From IMG/VR virus record IMGVR_UViG_3300035497_000412: a stretch of 64,000 bases of DNA. One strand, written 5' to 3'. Every line of letters begins with the position of its first letter. The first letter of the stretch is position 1. The notes under the pieces were generated by a model. That model searched no databases and was not told the origin of the DNA. It saw only the letters and a list, made by a program, of their open reading frames with translations. Positions 30,368-41,452 of the stretch are shown one piece after another. This stretch comes from a virus. Its lineage: Duplodnaviria; Caudoviricetes. Made by a program: the position numbers and the translations under genes.

Positions 30368-30778
30368 ATGGATACCGAAAAAGAGATTACTAAAGAAGAA
30401 GAAAAATGGTCACAAGAAAAAGAAATTCTTGAAAGAAAATATAAATTAAAGCAAGATAAAGCAGAATTTCATAAATCTTTTAAGAAAAAACCTTCTACTT
30501 CAAAACTTTTAGTTGCTTTTTTGTTTTTAAACTGCGTTATTGTTGAAATTTTTACTGGTTGGGTTACTATCCAAAGTATTAGATTGGCAGAAATTAATGA
30601 AATCATGCCAGATTTTACCCCATTAGTAACTTTAATTGGGGCTGTAATTGGAGAGGTAATTGGATTTGCGGTTTATGCTTTAAAGGCAGCAAAAGAGAAT
30701 AGCGCGGGCGGATTAATATATGAAACTACTATGTCAGAATTAAAAAGTTTTGAAGACGACACAGATAGTGTTGGTTAA
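30368..30778 (+). CDS. putative holin (two transmembrane helices)
   Basis: Two hydrophobic segments, directly after the endolysin. Confidence 0.5.
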   Translation: MDTEKEITKEEEKWSQEKEILERKYKLKQDKAEFHKSFKKKPSTSKLLVAFLFLNCVIVEIFTGWVTIQSIRLAEINEIMPDFTPLVTLIGAVIGEVIGFAVYALKAAKENSAGGLIYETTMSELKSFEDDTDSVG

Positions 30779-30919
30779 AATTATAAAGGCTTCTGAGTGT
30801 AATAGCTCAGAAGCCTTTTATTTTTTTTCTCAAAAACTTGACTTTTACAAAAAATTTTAGTATAATTATAATAGTAAATATGAAAAGTTATTTATATAAT
30901 ACTTTAATTAGGAGGAAAT

Positions 30920-32803
30920 ATGAATAATTTATATGATGAAAACAGCATACAAAGTCTAACTCCTTTGGAATTTACAAGACTTAGACCTGGTGTGTATGTT
31001 GGTTCAACAGAATATTCAACTCAACTATTAATTGAAATTGTTTCAAATGCAGTTGATGAATTCAAAGCTGGTCATGGAGATACAATTAAGGTTGATATTT
31101 TAGATGATGATACTGTTATTGTAGAAGACAATGGCCAAGGATTTTTAGTTAATTCCAAAAGAGATGATGGAAAAACTATCCTAGAAGCTTCTTTTAGCGT
31201 TTTAAATACTTCTGGCAAGTATAGTGAAGATGGAGTATATGAAGGTACTGCACTTGGCTTGAATGGAATTGGGTCTAAACTTCCCACGTTTTTAAGTCAT
31301 TGGCTTGAAGTAACAAGCTTTAGAGATGGCAAATATGAACATATTTGGTTTGAAGAAGGTGTTTTTAAAAAGCGAGAAATCGGAGATTGGCAAAATGGGA
31401 CTTCTGGTACTATTGTTCAATGGAAACCGAGTGAAGAATTTTTTGAACATACTGAAGTAGAACTGAGTGTTATTGCCCATCTTTTTAAAGTTCTTGTTTG
31501 TTTGTGCCCTGGATTAACTATTAATTTTAATTTTAAGGGGACTGAAAATTCTTATTATTCCAAAAGAGGATTAAATGATCTGGTTGATGAATCAGTAAAA
31601 GATAAAGAACTTTTAAAGAATAGATTTAATTTTAACTATTCTAAAGGTAAGTATCAAATGAATATGGCGTTAACTTATGTAGATCATTATTCTTCTACTA
31701 TTATTCCATATGTCAATACTGGTTTGACAGATAGCGGTCCGCATATTACACAGATTAAGACTATTTTGACTAGAGAATTTAATAAATTCTTTAGAGAAAA
31801 GAAATGGCTTAAAGAAAAAGAAGATAATCTTTCTGGTGATGATATTCAAGAAGGACTGTTTATGGTCTTTAACATCACTGCTCCAGGGGTGTCTTATAAT
31901 GCTCAGACCAAAGCTTATGTGGTAAAAATTGATATGACACCTTTCACAAGTGAGTTGGCTAAATGTTTACAAATTTGGTTTAAAAATAACGAAAAAGAAA
32001 TTAAAATTATTGCTGACAAAGCACTTGCAGCAAGGCGTGCTAGAGAAGCTGCGAGGAAAGCAAGAGAAAATGCTAGAAAACCAAAAGAAACTGGTTTAAA
32101 AGCTAAAATGTCATTAAGCAATAAATTCATTGATTGTTCTAGCAAAAATCCAAAGGAGCGTAATCTTCTCTTAGTCGAGGGTTTAAGTGCAGCTGGATCA
32201 ACTCTTGAAGCGAGAAATGTTAAAACAGATTGTATCTATATGCTAAGAGGTAAAATCATTAGTCCATTAAAACAAACAGTAGATAAAATTTTAGCAAATC
32301 AAGAGATGAGCGATATTGTTCGTGTTATCGGCGCTGGATTTGGAAATGACAATTTTGATTTGAATAAAATGATGTTTGATAAAATTGTCATCACAAGTGA
32401 CCAGGACAGTGATGGGTTAGATATTGAACTTTTGCTTATTACTTTTTTCTATACCTATATGCGGCCGCTGGTTGAAGCTGGTAAACTATATAGAGCTGTA
32501 ACACCACTGTATATTATTAGCACTAAGAAAGATCGTATTTATTGCTATACTGAAAAAGAGTTAGAGGAATGGAAAAACCAAAATACAGAAAAGTATGATT
32601 TGGTGCATTGCAAGGGCTTAGGCGAATTAGATGCTGCTACATTAAAAGAAGTTTGTTTTGAACACCAAAGATATAAACGAATCACTGTTAGTGATGCAAA
32701 AGCCACTACAGAACTGTTGGAAATTTTGCAAGGTCAATCTGTAGCACCTCGTAAACAATTTATTTATGATAATGCTACTCAACTTGGCTTTAATTTTATG
32801 TAA
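30920..32803 (+). CDS. gyrB: type IIA topoisomerase subunit B
   Basis: RPGVY, EIVSNAVDE, EDNG.G, EGLSA, LRGK, DQDSDG, KGLGE. Confidence 0.9.
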   Translation: MNNLYDENSIQSLTPLEFTRLRPGVYVGSTEYSTQLLIEIVSNAVDEFKAGHGDTIKVDILDDDTVIVEDNGQGFLVNSKRDDGKTILEASFSVLNTSGKYSEDGVYEGTALGLNGIGSKLPTFLSHWLEVTSFRDGKYEHIWFEEGVFKKREIGDWQNGTSGTIVQWKPSEEFFEHTEVELSVIAHLFKVLVCLCPGLTINFNFKGTENSYYSKRGLNDLVDESVKDKELLKNRFNFNYSKGKYQMNMALTYVDHYSSTIIPYVNTGLTDSGPHITQIKTILTREFNKFFREKKWLKEKEDNLSGDDIQEGLFMVFNITAPGVSYNAQTKAYVVKIDMTPFTSELAKCLQIWFKNNEKEIKIIADKALAARRAREAARKARENARKPKETGLKAKMSLSNKFIDCSSKNPKERNLLLVEGLSAAGSTLEARNVKTDCIYMLRGKIISPLKQTVDKILANQEMSDIVRVIGAGFGNDNFDLNKMMFDKIVITSDQDSDGLDIELLLITFFYTYMRPLVEAGKLYRAVTPLYIISTKKDRIYCYTEKELEEWKNQNTEKYDLVHCKGLGELDAATLKEVCFEHQRYKRITVSDAKATTELLEILQGQSVAPRKQFIYDNATQLGFNFM

Positions 32804-32808
32804 GGAGT

Positions 32809-35184
32809 TTGTCAATGGAACTAATTACTGAGATTGATATTTTAGATGAAAGTAGAGAATGTTTTCTTACATATGCAGAGGAAGTGCTTACTGATAGAGC
32901 TATTCCATCAGCTGAAGATGGATTGCTAAGTGTACAAAGAAAGCTTATTTGGACAATGGAAAATATTCTTAAAATGGATAGCAAATCAAAGTTTAAGAAA
33001 AGCAATTCCATTGTCGGATCAACCCTAGCATCAAGTTACTATCACGGTGATAGTAGCTGCTATGGCGCTTTATGTAAAATTGCTCAGCTTTATTTGATGC
33101 GTTATCCCCTTATTGAGGGCGAAGGAAACCTTGGTACTCAAGAAGGTAACGGCATGGAAGCGGCTAGTAGATATACTAATGCAAGACCGTCTCGATATGC
33201 TGATTTAATGATGAATGACTTTTCTAAAGGAGTTGTACCATTAAAAGAAACTTATAATAATGAATATATGGAACCTGTAGTTCTACCTTCGTTATTTCCA
33301 AATGCTCTTGTTAATGGTAGAGAAGCCATTGGAATTTCTATGGCACATAATAGCCAGCCAATGAATCTTACAGAAGTTTGTAATGGCATTATTGCTTATA
33401 TCAAAGATAACAATATTACTATTGATGGACTAATGGAATATATTAAAGGTCCAGATTATCCTCTTGCTGGACGGATTATTAATAAGAAAGATATTAAAAC
33501 CGCTTTTGCAACAGGACGATCCGCCGTTTCTTTAAAAATCCAAGGTGATTATGAAATTGAAGGTAATAAGATTATCTTCACAACAATTCCATATAGAACT
33601 TATCGTAACAAAATTAAAGAGCAAATTGATAGAAATATTGAAGAATTTGATAAAATCCTTGAAGATTTTAATGATGAATCAAATGTTGGAAAAAATAGAC
33701 TGGTATTTACTCTAAAGTCAGGAATTTCTCATAAGTTAGCTCTTAATAAAATCTTTGCGTTTACTGATTTACAAACTTCAATCTCTTATAATATGAATTT
33801 TATTGTAAATGGTACCCCTAAACTTTGTTCTTTAAAAGATCTTATTGTCGCTTATGTAGATCATCAAATTGATGTTCTACTTAAAGCAACAGAATACGAT
33901 AAGAACAAAGCTGAAAAACGTGCTCATATTTTAAGAGGATTAATTATTGCTACTGATAAAATTAATGAAGTTATTGAACTCATTAAGACCAGCAGCGATA
34001 AAACCGAGGCACAGAATAAATTAATAGACTTTTTGGATATTGATGAAATTCAAGCTAATGCTATTTTGGATATGAAATTGGCTAAGCTCACTCGTATTGA
34101 TAAAGATGAATTGAAGAAAGAGCTTCAAGAAAAAGAAAATATTGTTGCTGAGTGCATAAAAATTATTACTGATTCAGAACATCGTAATGATGTTTTGATT
34201 TCTAAAATTGAAACTATGAGAGACAAATATGGCGATGAACGTCGTACTCAGCTTCTTGATCTAGAAGAGCCAAAGAATGAGGAAAAAGAAATCATCAATG
34301 TTGAGCCTGAAAAGTGTGTTGTTGTTATGACAGAAAGTGGTTTGATTAAGCGTATTCCTAGCACTTCTTTTAAGACGCAACGCCGCAATGGTAAAGGCGT
34401 TAAAACAGTTGATGATATTATTGATTGCGTCATCCGCACAAATACAATTGATAACCTTATGATTTTTACAAATAAAGGAAGGATGTATCGTATCCTTGTG
34501 GATAATATTCCAGTAGGAACTAATACTTCAAAGGGACAGCCAATTAAGTCTTTAATTGAAATGGAATCTGATGAAGAGGCCACTGTAATGTATTCTATTT
34601 ATAGAGACACTAGTGCTAAGTATGTATTATTTGTTACTAAGAGCGGTCTAGTTAAGAAAACTGCATTGGAAGAGTATCTTAAAACAAAGAAAAAGAGCGG
34701 TATTGCAGCCATTAATCTGAAAGAAAACGATAGTCTCGCGTCTGTAACACTCGTCGATAATGAAGATTTGATTGTCCTTACTAAGAATGGAATGGGAATT
34801 AGATTTAGTTCTAATGATGTTGCTCCTTCTGGTAGAACTACTATGGGAATTAAAGCTATTACTCTAAAGAGTGGAGATGAAGTACTTACTGCTCTTCCCA
34901 TTAGAGATATAAATGATACTCTAGCTATTTTTGGACGAAGTGGCTTTGGAAAGAAATTTTCCCTGACTGAGCTAGCTAGACAGAACAGAGGTGGAAAAGG
35001 TCTAATCGTTTATAAAGAAGAAATTGCAGCCGCCGCACTTGTATCAGATGAAGATAGAATTTTAGTCATTGGCACTAATAATAGTATTTGTATTTCTGCA
35101 AAAGAAATTCCTCTTATGAGTAGAACTGCTATTGGAAATCAGATTATTAGAAACACTCGAATTGAAGGAGTTAGTAAAGTATAA
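32809..35184 (+). CDS. gyrA: type IIA topoisomerase subunit A with GyrA-box
   Basis: DGL..VQR, HGDS, AASRYT, QRRNGKG GyrA-box and pinwheel repeats. Confidence 0.9.
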   Translation: MSMELITEIDILDESRECFLTYAEEVLTDRAIPSAEDGLLSVQRKLIWTMENILKMDSKSKFKKSNSIVGSTLASSYYHGDSSCYGALCKIAQLYLMRYPLIEGEGNLGTQEGNGMEAASRYTNARPSRYADLMMNDFSKGVVPLKETYNNEYMEPVVLPSLFPNALVNGREAIGISMAHNSQPMNLTEVCNGIIAYIKDNNITIDGLMEYIKGPDYPLAGRIINKKDIKTAFATGRSAVSLKIQGDYEIEGNKIIFTTIPYRTYRNKIKEQIDRNIEEFDKILEDFNDESNVGKNRLVFTLKSGISHKLALNKIFAFTDLQTSISYNMNFIVNGTPKLCSLKDLIVAYVDHQIDVLLKATEYDKNKAEKRAHILRGLIIATDKINEVIELIKTSSDKTEAQNKLIDFLDIDEIQANAILDMKLAKLTRIDKDELKKELQEKENIVAECIKIITDSEHRNDVLISKIETMRDKYGDERRTQLLDLEEPKNEEKEIINVEPEKCVVVMTESGLIKRIPSTSFKTQRRNGKGVKTVDDIIDCVIRTNTIDNLMIFTNKGRMYRILVDNIPVGTNTSKGQPIKSLIEMESDEEATVMYSIYRDTSAKYVLFVTKSGLVKKTALEEYLKTKKKSGIAAINLKENDSLASVTLVDNEDLIVLTKNGMGIRFSSNDVAPSGRTTMGIKAITLKSGDEVLTALPIRDINDTLAIFGRSGFGKKFSLTELARQNRGGKGLIVYKEEIAAAALVSDEDRILVIGTNNSICISAKEIPLMSRTAIGNQIIRNTRIEGVSKV

Positions 35185-35186
35185 CA

Positions 35187-37115
35187 ATGATTAATACTGA
35201 ACAAGATTATCAGAATGCTATAGACACTTTAAATATTGCAACTGCATTTTACGATCAAGGAATCCCTACAATTTCAGACCGGGAATGGGATAATCTTTAT
35301 TTTCAGGTACAAGAATATGAGAAGCGAACTGGGGAGCCAAATCCCCAGTCGCCTACTCAATCTATTCAATACCAAAAAGTAAGTGAATTAGAAAAAGTCA
35401 CCCATAATCATTGGATGGGTTCACTTGATAAAACTAAAAATTGGGATGACTTTTGTAATTATTTTGGTTCTAAACCTGTTGTTGGTATGCTTAAATTAGA
35501 CGGTCTTACCTGTAGTTTAAGATATTTAGATGGTAAGTTAGTTTCTGCTGAAACTAGAGGTAACAGTCAAGTAGGTGAAAATATTCTTCATAATGCTTTG
35601 GTAATTTCTTCCATCCCCAATAGAATTCCATATGACAAAGAATTGATTGTAGATGGAGAAATTGTTTGTAAATATGACGATTTTGAATCTTTTTCAACCA
35701 CTTATCGCAATCCAAGAAATTTTGCGGCTGGTAGTATTAGGCTTCTTGATTCTAGTGAATGTGCTAAACGTAAACTTACCTTTGTCGTTTGGAATGTAGT
35801 AAAAGGTTTTAATGAAACAAATAGTTTTCAAACTAAACTAACTTTAGCGGATAAAATTGGGTTTATCGTTGTGCCATGGACTTCTTCTTTAGACTTTGGT
35901 GCAAAAGATTTTCTTAAAGAGCAGGCACAAGAACTTAAATATCCAATTGATGGGTTAGTGGGAAGGTTTGATGATATTGCATATGGTGCAAGTCTGGGCG
36001 AAACAAGCCATCATGCTAATGCCGCATATGCCTTTAAATTTTATGATGAACAATATGAAACTGAACTATTAGATATTGAATATGGACTAGGAAGAACCGG
36101 ACAGCTTACTCCTGTAGCTATTTTTACTCCAGTAGAGATTGAAGGAACTATTGTTGAAAAAGCTTCACTTCATAATTTGAATATTTTGAAGAACACACTT
36201 GGACGGCCTTATATTGGTCAAAAGGTACAAGTGGCAAAAATGAATATGATTATTCCCCAAATCCTTTCTGCTGAAGAGTGGCAAGAAGGAGCTATTGAAA
36301 TTATCCCTCCTTCTATTTGCCCTGTCTGCGGCCAGCCTGTAAAGATTATTACCTCTGATAGCGGAGTAGAAACTTTAATGTGTAATAATGACCAATGCCA
36401 AGGACAGTTAATTAACGTACTTGAACATTATTATGGTAAAAAGGGTCTTGATATAAAGGGATTGTCTAAAGCCACGCTTGAGAAGCTAATTGATTTAAAC
36501 TGGCTTAATAGTCCTGAAGACATCTTTTCCTTATATTTACATAGAGACTCTTGGATTAAGCAGCCTGGTTTTGGAGAAAAGTCTGTAGACAAGATTTTGA
36601 ATACTATCAGTGATGTTGCAGAAGGTATTGACTTATGGCGTGTTATTTCTGCGGCTGGTATTCCTTTAATTGGTTCTACTATTGCTAAACAATTAGCTAA
36701 TTATTTTAAAACATATAAAGCTTTTAGAGAAGCAGTAGATAATAAATTTGATTTTAGTTGTTTAGAAGGTTTTGGCCCTAATATGACTGATTCTGTGCTT
36801 AATTTTGATTATACTGTTTTAGATAAGATAGCATACTACTTAACTATTAAAGAGCCAAAAGAACAAGATACCACTTCTTTAGAGGGACTTAAATTTGCGA
36901 TTACTGGAAAGCTTCATATGTTTAAAAACCGATCGGAGTTGAAAACCATCGTTGAGAATAGCGGTGGAAAGGTTGTTGATAGTGTCAGCAAAAATACGAG
37001 TTATTTAATCAATAATGATACAGAAAGTAATTCAAGTAAGAATAAAGCTGCTAAATCATTAAATATCCCTATTATTACTGAAGAAAAATTTATCGAAATT
37101 TTCTTGACAAAATAA
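35187..37115 (+). CDS. ligA: NAD-dependent DNA ligase
   Basis: KLDGL, TRG, NPRN.AAGS, GRTG..TP, Zn finger, BRCT. Confidence 0.92.
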   Translation: MINTEQDYQNAIDTLNIATAFYDQGIPTISDREWDNLYFQVQEYEKRTGEPNPQSPTQSIQYQKVSELEKVTHNHWMGSLDKTKNWDDFCNYFGSKPVVGMLKLDGLTCSLRYLDGKLVSAETRGNSQVGENILHNALVISSIPNRIPYDKELIVDGEIVCKYDDFESFSTTYRNPRNFAAGSIRLLDSSECAKRKLTFVVWNVVKGFNETNSFQTKLTLADKIGFIVVPWTSSLDFGAKDFLKEQAQELKYPIDGLVGRFDDIAYGASLGETSHHANAAYAFKFYDEQYETELLDIEYGLGRTGQLTPVAIFTPVEIEGTIVEKASLHNLNILKNTLGRPYIGQKVQVAKMNMIIPQILSAEEWQEGAIEIIPPSICPVCGQPVKIITSDSGVETLMCNNDQCQGQLINVLEHYYGKKGLDIKGLSKATLEKLIDLNWLNSPEDIFSLYLHRDSWIKQPGFGEKSVDKILNTISDVAEGIDLWRVISAAGIPLIGSTIAKQLANYFKTYKAFREAVDNKFDFSCLEGFGPNMTDSVLNFDYTVLDKIAYYLTIKEPKEQDTTSLEGLKFAITGKLHMFKNRSELKTIVENSGGKVVDSVSKNTSYLINNDTESNSSKNKAAKSLNIPIITEEKFIEIFLTK

Positions 37116-37250
37116 AAAATGTATGTTATAATATATTCATGAAGTTGAGGGAGACAAAAAAGACTAGATGGAATCTAAAGAATCTTTTTTGACAAACAAA
37201 AAACTTTATGTTAAAATAATTGTTGTAAGGATTAGAAAGAAAAAATTTTT

Positions 37251-37442
37251 ATGAAGAGAAAAGAACTTAAAAATTTAGCTTAGAAAATTGCTAAGTTGGA
37301 AAATATCGTCCAAACAAGCGATGATCAAAAAGCTATTAGTAGAGCGCAAGATGAAATTATGACATTATCTGGACATATTCAGTCGATAGAAGATATGGTT
37401 TTGCTGGATGATTTGATCCAAGAGTTAATGAACAAATCTTGA
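37251..37442 (+). CDS. small hypothetical protein (TAG=Gln at codon 11)
   Basis: ATG...TGA frame open with TAG readthrough, after a promoter. Confidence 0.5.
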
Positions 37443-37538
37443 CAAACAAAAAATTTTTTGATATAATGTTTACATAAGCTAGGTGAAAACCTAAAAATAA
37501 AAATTTATTATTAATATGAAAAAGGAGAAATTTTAATT

Positions 37539-37805
37539 ATGGCTATGAGTGAGAAGAGCGTTAAGGTTCTGGAGTATATGAAGACTGTGGCGGGTCAGGA
37601 TGTGACCTCTGCCGATGTGGCAACTGCCCTGGGTATGGAGAAGAAGTCTGTGGATGGTGTGTTTACTTCTCTGCAGAAGAAGCATCTTGGCATTCGCACC
37701 CCTGCTGAGATTGAGCTGGCGGACGGCTCCCATAAGAAGGTTAATTTCCTGTCTCTGACTGATGCTGGCATGACTTTTGATCCTGCTGCTGAGAGCGCTG
37801 AGTAA
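37539..37805 (+). CDS. small HTH-like DNA-binding protein
   Basis: TSADVATALGMEKKSVDGVFTSL; codon bias typical of highly expressed genes. Confidence 0.55.
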   Translation: MAMSEKSVKVLEYMKTVAGQDVTSADVATALGMEKKSVDGVFTSLQKKHLGIRTPAEIELADGSHKKVNFLSLTDAGMTFDPAAESAE

Positions 37806-37866
37806 TTATAAATTAAAAGGAGGATTAGAATAAAGGAGTTCTAATCCTCCTTTAAATCTCTTTATT

Positions 37867-38811
37867 ATGATTATTATTGGAATTATTTGCCTTATTATTG
37901 GACTTGTGGTCGGTTATGCCGTTTAGCGGCCAAAAGTTAAGGCAACGCAGATTTTAGATAAAGAAACGGCCCAAAAGAATCAACAACTTTAGATTGAACT
38001 TGCGCAATTAAGCGCACAAAGAGATGAATTTAAAGACTCTATCCAAATCTTAGAAAATTAGTCTAAAGAAGCTGGAGAAAAATTTCTTGCGCAAGCAAAA
38101 CGAGCAGCAGAACTTAACTTTGAGCAACAAACTGAGGCTTTAGCACGGTCTTACCAAGAGAACAAAGAACAAAGTGATGCTGAATATCTAAATGTTCTTG
38201 AAGATTTAGCTGCTAATGCACAAAAGCAAATCCAAGAGTATCAAAGAAAGATTTCTGATTGTAAAGAAGAATTCATAGAGCTTAATAGAACTTTAGAGCT
38301 AAAAGCTTCCGAAGTGGCAGCCGCAGTTGAAGCGAGTAAAAGAGCTGAAGAAATGGAAAATAAAAAAGATTTTTATCGGCTTGTATTAAGTGACGAAGAT
38401 ATTTCAGAGATTAAGCGCTTGCGTGAAGTAACAGCCTATTTGCGTAATAGTGAACCTATTAACAAGGTTATTTGGAAAACTTATTATGAAAAACCTTATA
38501 CTGATTTAGTTGGTAGAGTAGTAGGAACTGGCGTTCATACTGGTATTTATAAAATTACAAATATTGAGAATGGTAAGTGTTATGTGGGACAAGCTCGTAA
38601 CATTGCTGAACGCTTTCGCCAACACATTAAAAGAGGTATCGGTGCGGAGACCCCTACGCGCAATAAACTCTATCCAGCTATGTTAGCTATTGGAGTAGAA
38701 AATTTTACTTTTGAAGTAATTGAAGAATGTGATGCGTCTATGCTGAATGAAAGAGAAGACGCATGGCAGCAGTATTTTAAAAGTATTGAATATGGATATA
38801 GCATTAAATAA
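37867..38811 (+). CDS. membrane-anchored coiled-coil protein with C-terminal GIY-YIG domain (3 TAG=Gln)
   Basis: N-terminal TM helix, heptad region, GIYKITN...YVGQA..I.ERF.QH. Confidence 0.7.
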
Positions 38812-39102
38812 GGAGTTATGAATGAAAAGAATTATTGGTAATAGAGGTTCAGGTAAAACTCGTGAACTTATGGAGTTTGCTAAGGAAAATAATGCAATTT
38901 TTGTCTGTAGTAATCCATATGCAATGAGAAATAAAGCAGAAGCTTATGGTATTACTGGGCTTGAATTCTTGTCTTATGAAGATTATTTTTATTTTAACCA
39001 TAATGATGACACAGTTGTTATTGATGAGATTGAAGTATTCCTTAAACAATGCAATAGTCCATATATTATTGGTTATTCTTTAAGTAATGAGGATTAATAA
39101 AT

Positions 39103-39867
39103 ATGAAATGTGAAAATACAAGAGTATATAATTTTGAGAATAGTTTTCGAGGAATGAGAAATCCTAAGAACAGTTGGCATTTAAGTGATAGTGAATATGG
39201 GTTTTGCCCAATCGATAATATCACAGATATTGTATTAACTACTTATCAAAAATATCATGGTGAAGGAACCAGTCCAACTGGGGACGAGTATTTAGAGCTA
39301 GAGAAAAATATTGTAATTAGAGAAGACAATGGAATTTGCGAGTATGCGGCGGTTGGGCCAAAGGATATGAAATTAGCCCAGACTCTTGTCGCGGCAGGTC
39401 AAGAACATCGTAAATTTTTGAGGTAGGTTTTTGTAAGCGTTGATATTACAGCTCCTTTATATGTTTGGAAAGAGATATCAACTTATAAGGTAAGCACAGT
39501 CGCAAACTCTACTTCTACTATGCACAAACTTACCAGTAAGCCAATTACTATTGATTGCTTTGAAAGTGATGATTATGAGGATATTGAAGTTGAAGGTGGT
39601 ATTACTACTGGAGATTTCTTTATGCAAACGATTGGATATTGTGAAGAGCTACGACAGAAGTATTTAGAGACAAAGGATGTTCGGTATTGGAAAGAATTGG
39701 TAAGACTTCTTCCCGAATCGTGGCTTCAGACTCGCACTTGGACAGGCAATTATGAAACTTTGCGTTCAATGTATCATCAGCGCAAAAATCATAAGTTAAC
39801 CGAATGGCATACTTTTTGCTCTTGGATTGAAAGTCTACCTTATGCGAAGGAGCTTATTTGTATATGA
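39103..39867 (+). CDS. ThyX-like (FAD-dependent thymidylate synthase fold) protein (TAG=Gln at 39424)
   Basis: GMRNP, HRKFLR*V, DITAPLY.WKE..TY, NSTSTMH, RKNHKL.EW. Confidence 0.7.
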
Positions 39868-40099
39868 AAAGTGTGGAAAATATCATAAAAGACAAATCAA
39901 CTATTAAAATTAATACTAATAAATTTTTATTTATAGAAGATAATCAAATTGGTTTGTTAGTCTTAGAACTTACTGGAACAGAATTTTTTAGATTATATGG
40001 CGATGCTATTAAAGATTAGCTTTTTTAAACATAAATTCCTAACTTGATTTTTAAAATAAAATATTGTATAATATTTATAGAAATTAAGGAAAGGTCGTT

Positions 40100-40453
40100 A
40101 TGAAAATGACTAAGAAGGAAGCGTTTATTGAATATGTCGAAGCATTGATTACTCATTCTGATATTGAGATGAGCGATGATGCTAAAATCTATTGGGATTC
40201 ATTTAAAAACAAGACCGAAGTAGAAAAGCCCGTTTTTACAGATAATGGAAAGCTTGTTCTTCAGTGCATGAAAGACAAGCCGGACATCGTTACGTGGAAG
40301 GCAAGGGATATTGCAGAAGAACTTTTTATTTCTTCTCGTACTGTCAGTGGAGCGATGAGGAAGCTTGTTAGTGACGGTTATGTTGAAAAGGTGAGCCAAG
40401 AGCCGGTTTTGTATATGTTAACTGAAAAGGGAAAAATTACTGAGATTATTTAA
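40100..40453 (+). CDS. winged-helix transcription regulator
   Basis: ARDIAEELFISSRTVSGAMRKLVSDGYVEK. Confidence 0.7.
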   Translation: MKMTKKEAFIEYVEALITHSDIEMSDDAKIYWDSFKNKTEVEKPVFTDNGKLVLQCMKDKPDIVTWKARDIAEELFISSRTVSGAMRKLVSDGYVEKVSQEPVLYMLTEKGKITEII

Positions 40454-40477
40454 TTTTAAAGGAGAAAATTTTATTTT

Positions 40478-41428
40478 ATGGCAAAGAAGAATTTTATTAA
40501 TGAGGTCCATCTTGAAGGTTTTCTGTATGAGCATGACCTGAAGCTGCGGGTTACTGGAGCTAATTCAAAGAAGCCCGGCACCGAGTTTATTTCTGGTAGC
40601 ATTAGTATTGCTACTGATAATGATCGAGTGAATATTGTTCCTGTTTATTATACTTATGTTACTGAGATTACTTCCTCAGGCAAGCAGAATGCCACATTCG
40701 CAGTTCTGAAGAAGATTTTTGATGGTGAATATGGGACTCAGATGAAGGATGGTATTGATAAAGCGGTTAAGCTGAGAGTTGATACTGCTCTTGGTCTGAA
40801 TGATTTCTATACTGATAAGAATGGTACTGAGGAACTGGTTAGCACCAAGCGCAATGAGGGTGGTTTTATTCATGTGATTGATGATTTTAATCCTGATGAG
40901 AGTAAGCGTAATACTTTCACAACTGACGTTCTAATTACTGGTGTCACTCGTATGGATGAGGATGAGGAGCATAATCTGCCTGAGCGAGTTACAATTAAGG
41001 GCGCAATTTTTGATTTCCGCGGTGCTTTGCTCCCTTATGATTTTATTGCTACCAATCCCAAGGCCATGGATTATTTTGAGAGTCTTGAGGCTTCTTCTTC
41101 TAATCCTATTCCTACTAAGATTTATGGACGTTTTATTTCTCAGACAACTTCTCGCACAGTTGTTGAAGAGTCTGCTTTTGGCGAGCCTATTGTGCAGGAG
41201 ATTCAGGGTCGTCCTCGTCGGAGTCTGCTGATTTATAATGCGGCTCGAGATACTTACACTTGGGATGATGAAAGCTTCCTGACAGCAACTGAACTGAAGG
41301 AAAAGATTAGTGAGCGTGAGGTTAAGCTTGCTACTGAAAAGCAGCGTAGCGCTGAATGGAAGAGCAATCGTAATACTACTACTGTTACAGCCACTAGTGG
41401 ACCTGCTAAGGGACAGTTTGATTTTTAA
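40478..41428 (+). CDS. putative single-stranded DNA-binding protein
   Basis: N.V.LEG OB-like start, acidic-aromatic FDF C-terminus, next to a Sak4-like ATPase. Confidence 0.6.
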   Translation: MAKKNFINEVHLEGFLYEHDLKLRVTGANSKKPGTEFISGSISIATDNDRVNIVPVYYTYVTEITSSGKQNATFAVLKKIFDGEYGTQMKDGIDKAVKLRVDTALGLNDFYTDKNGTEELVSTKRNEGGFIHVIDDFNPDESKRNTFTTDVLITGVTRMDEDEEHNLPERVTIKGAIFDFRGALLPYDFIATNPKAMDYFESLEASSSNPIPTKIYGRFISQTTSRTVVEESAFGEPIVQEIQGRPRRSLLIYNAARDTYTWDDESFLTATELKEKISEREVKLATEKQRSAEWKSNRNTTTVTATSGPAKGQFDF

Positions 41429-41452
41429 TAGAAATAAAGTAGAGGTAAAAAT

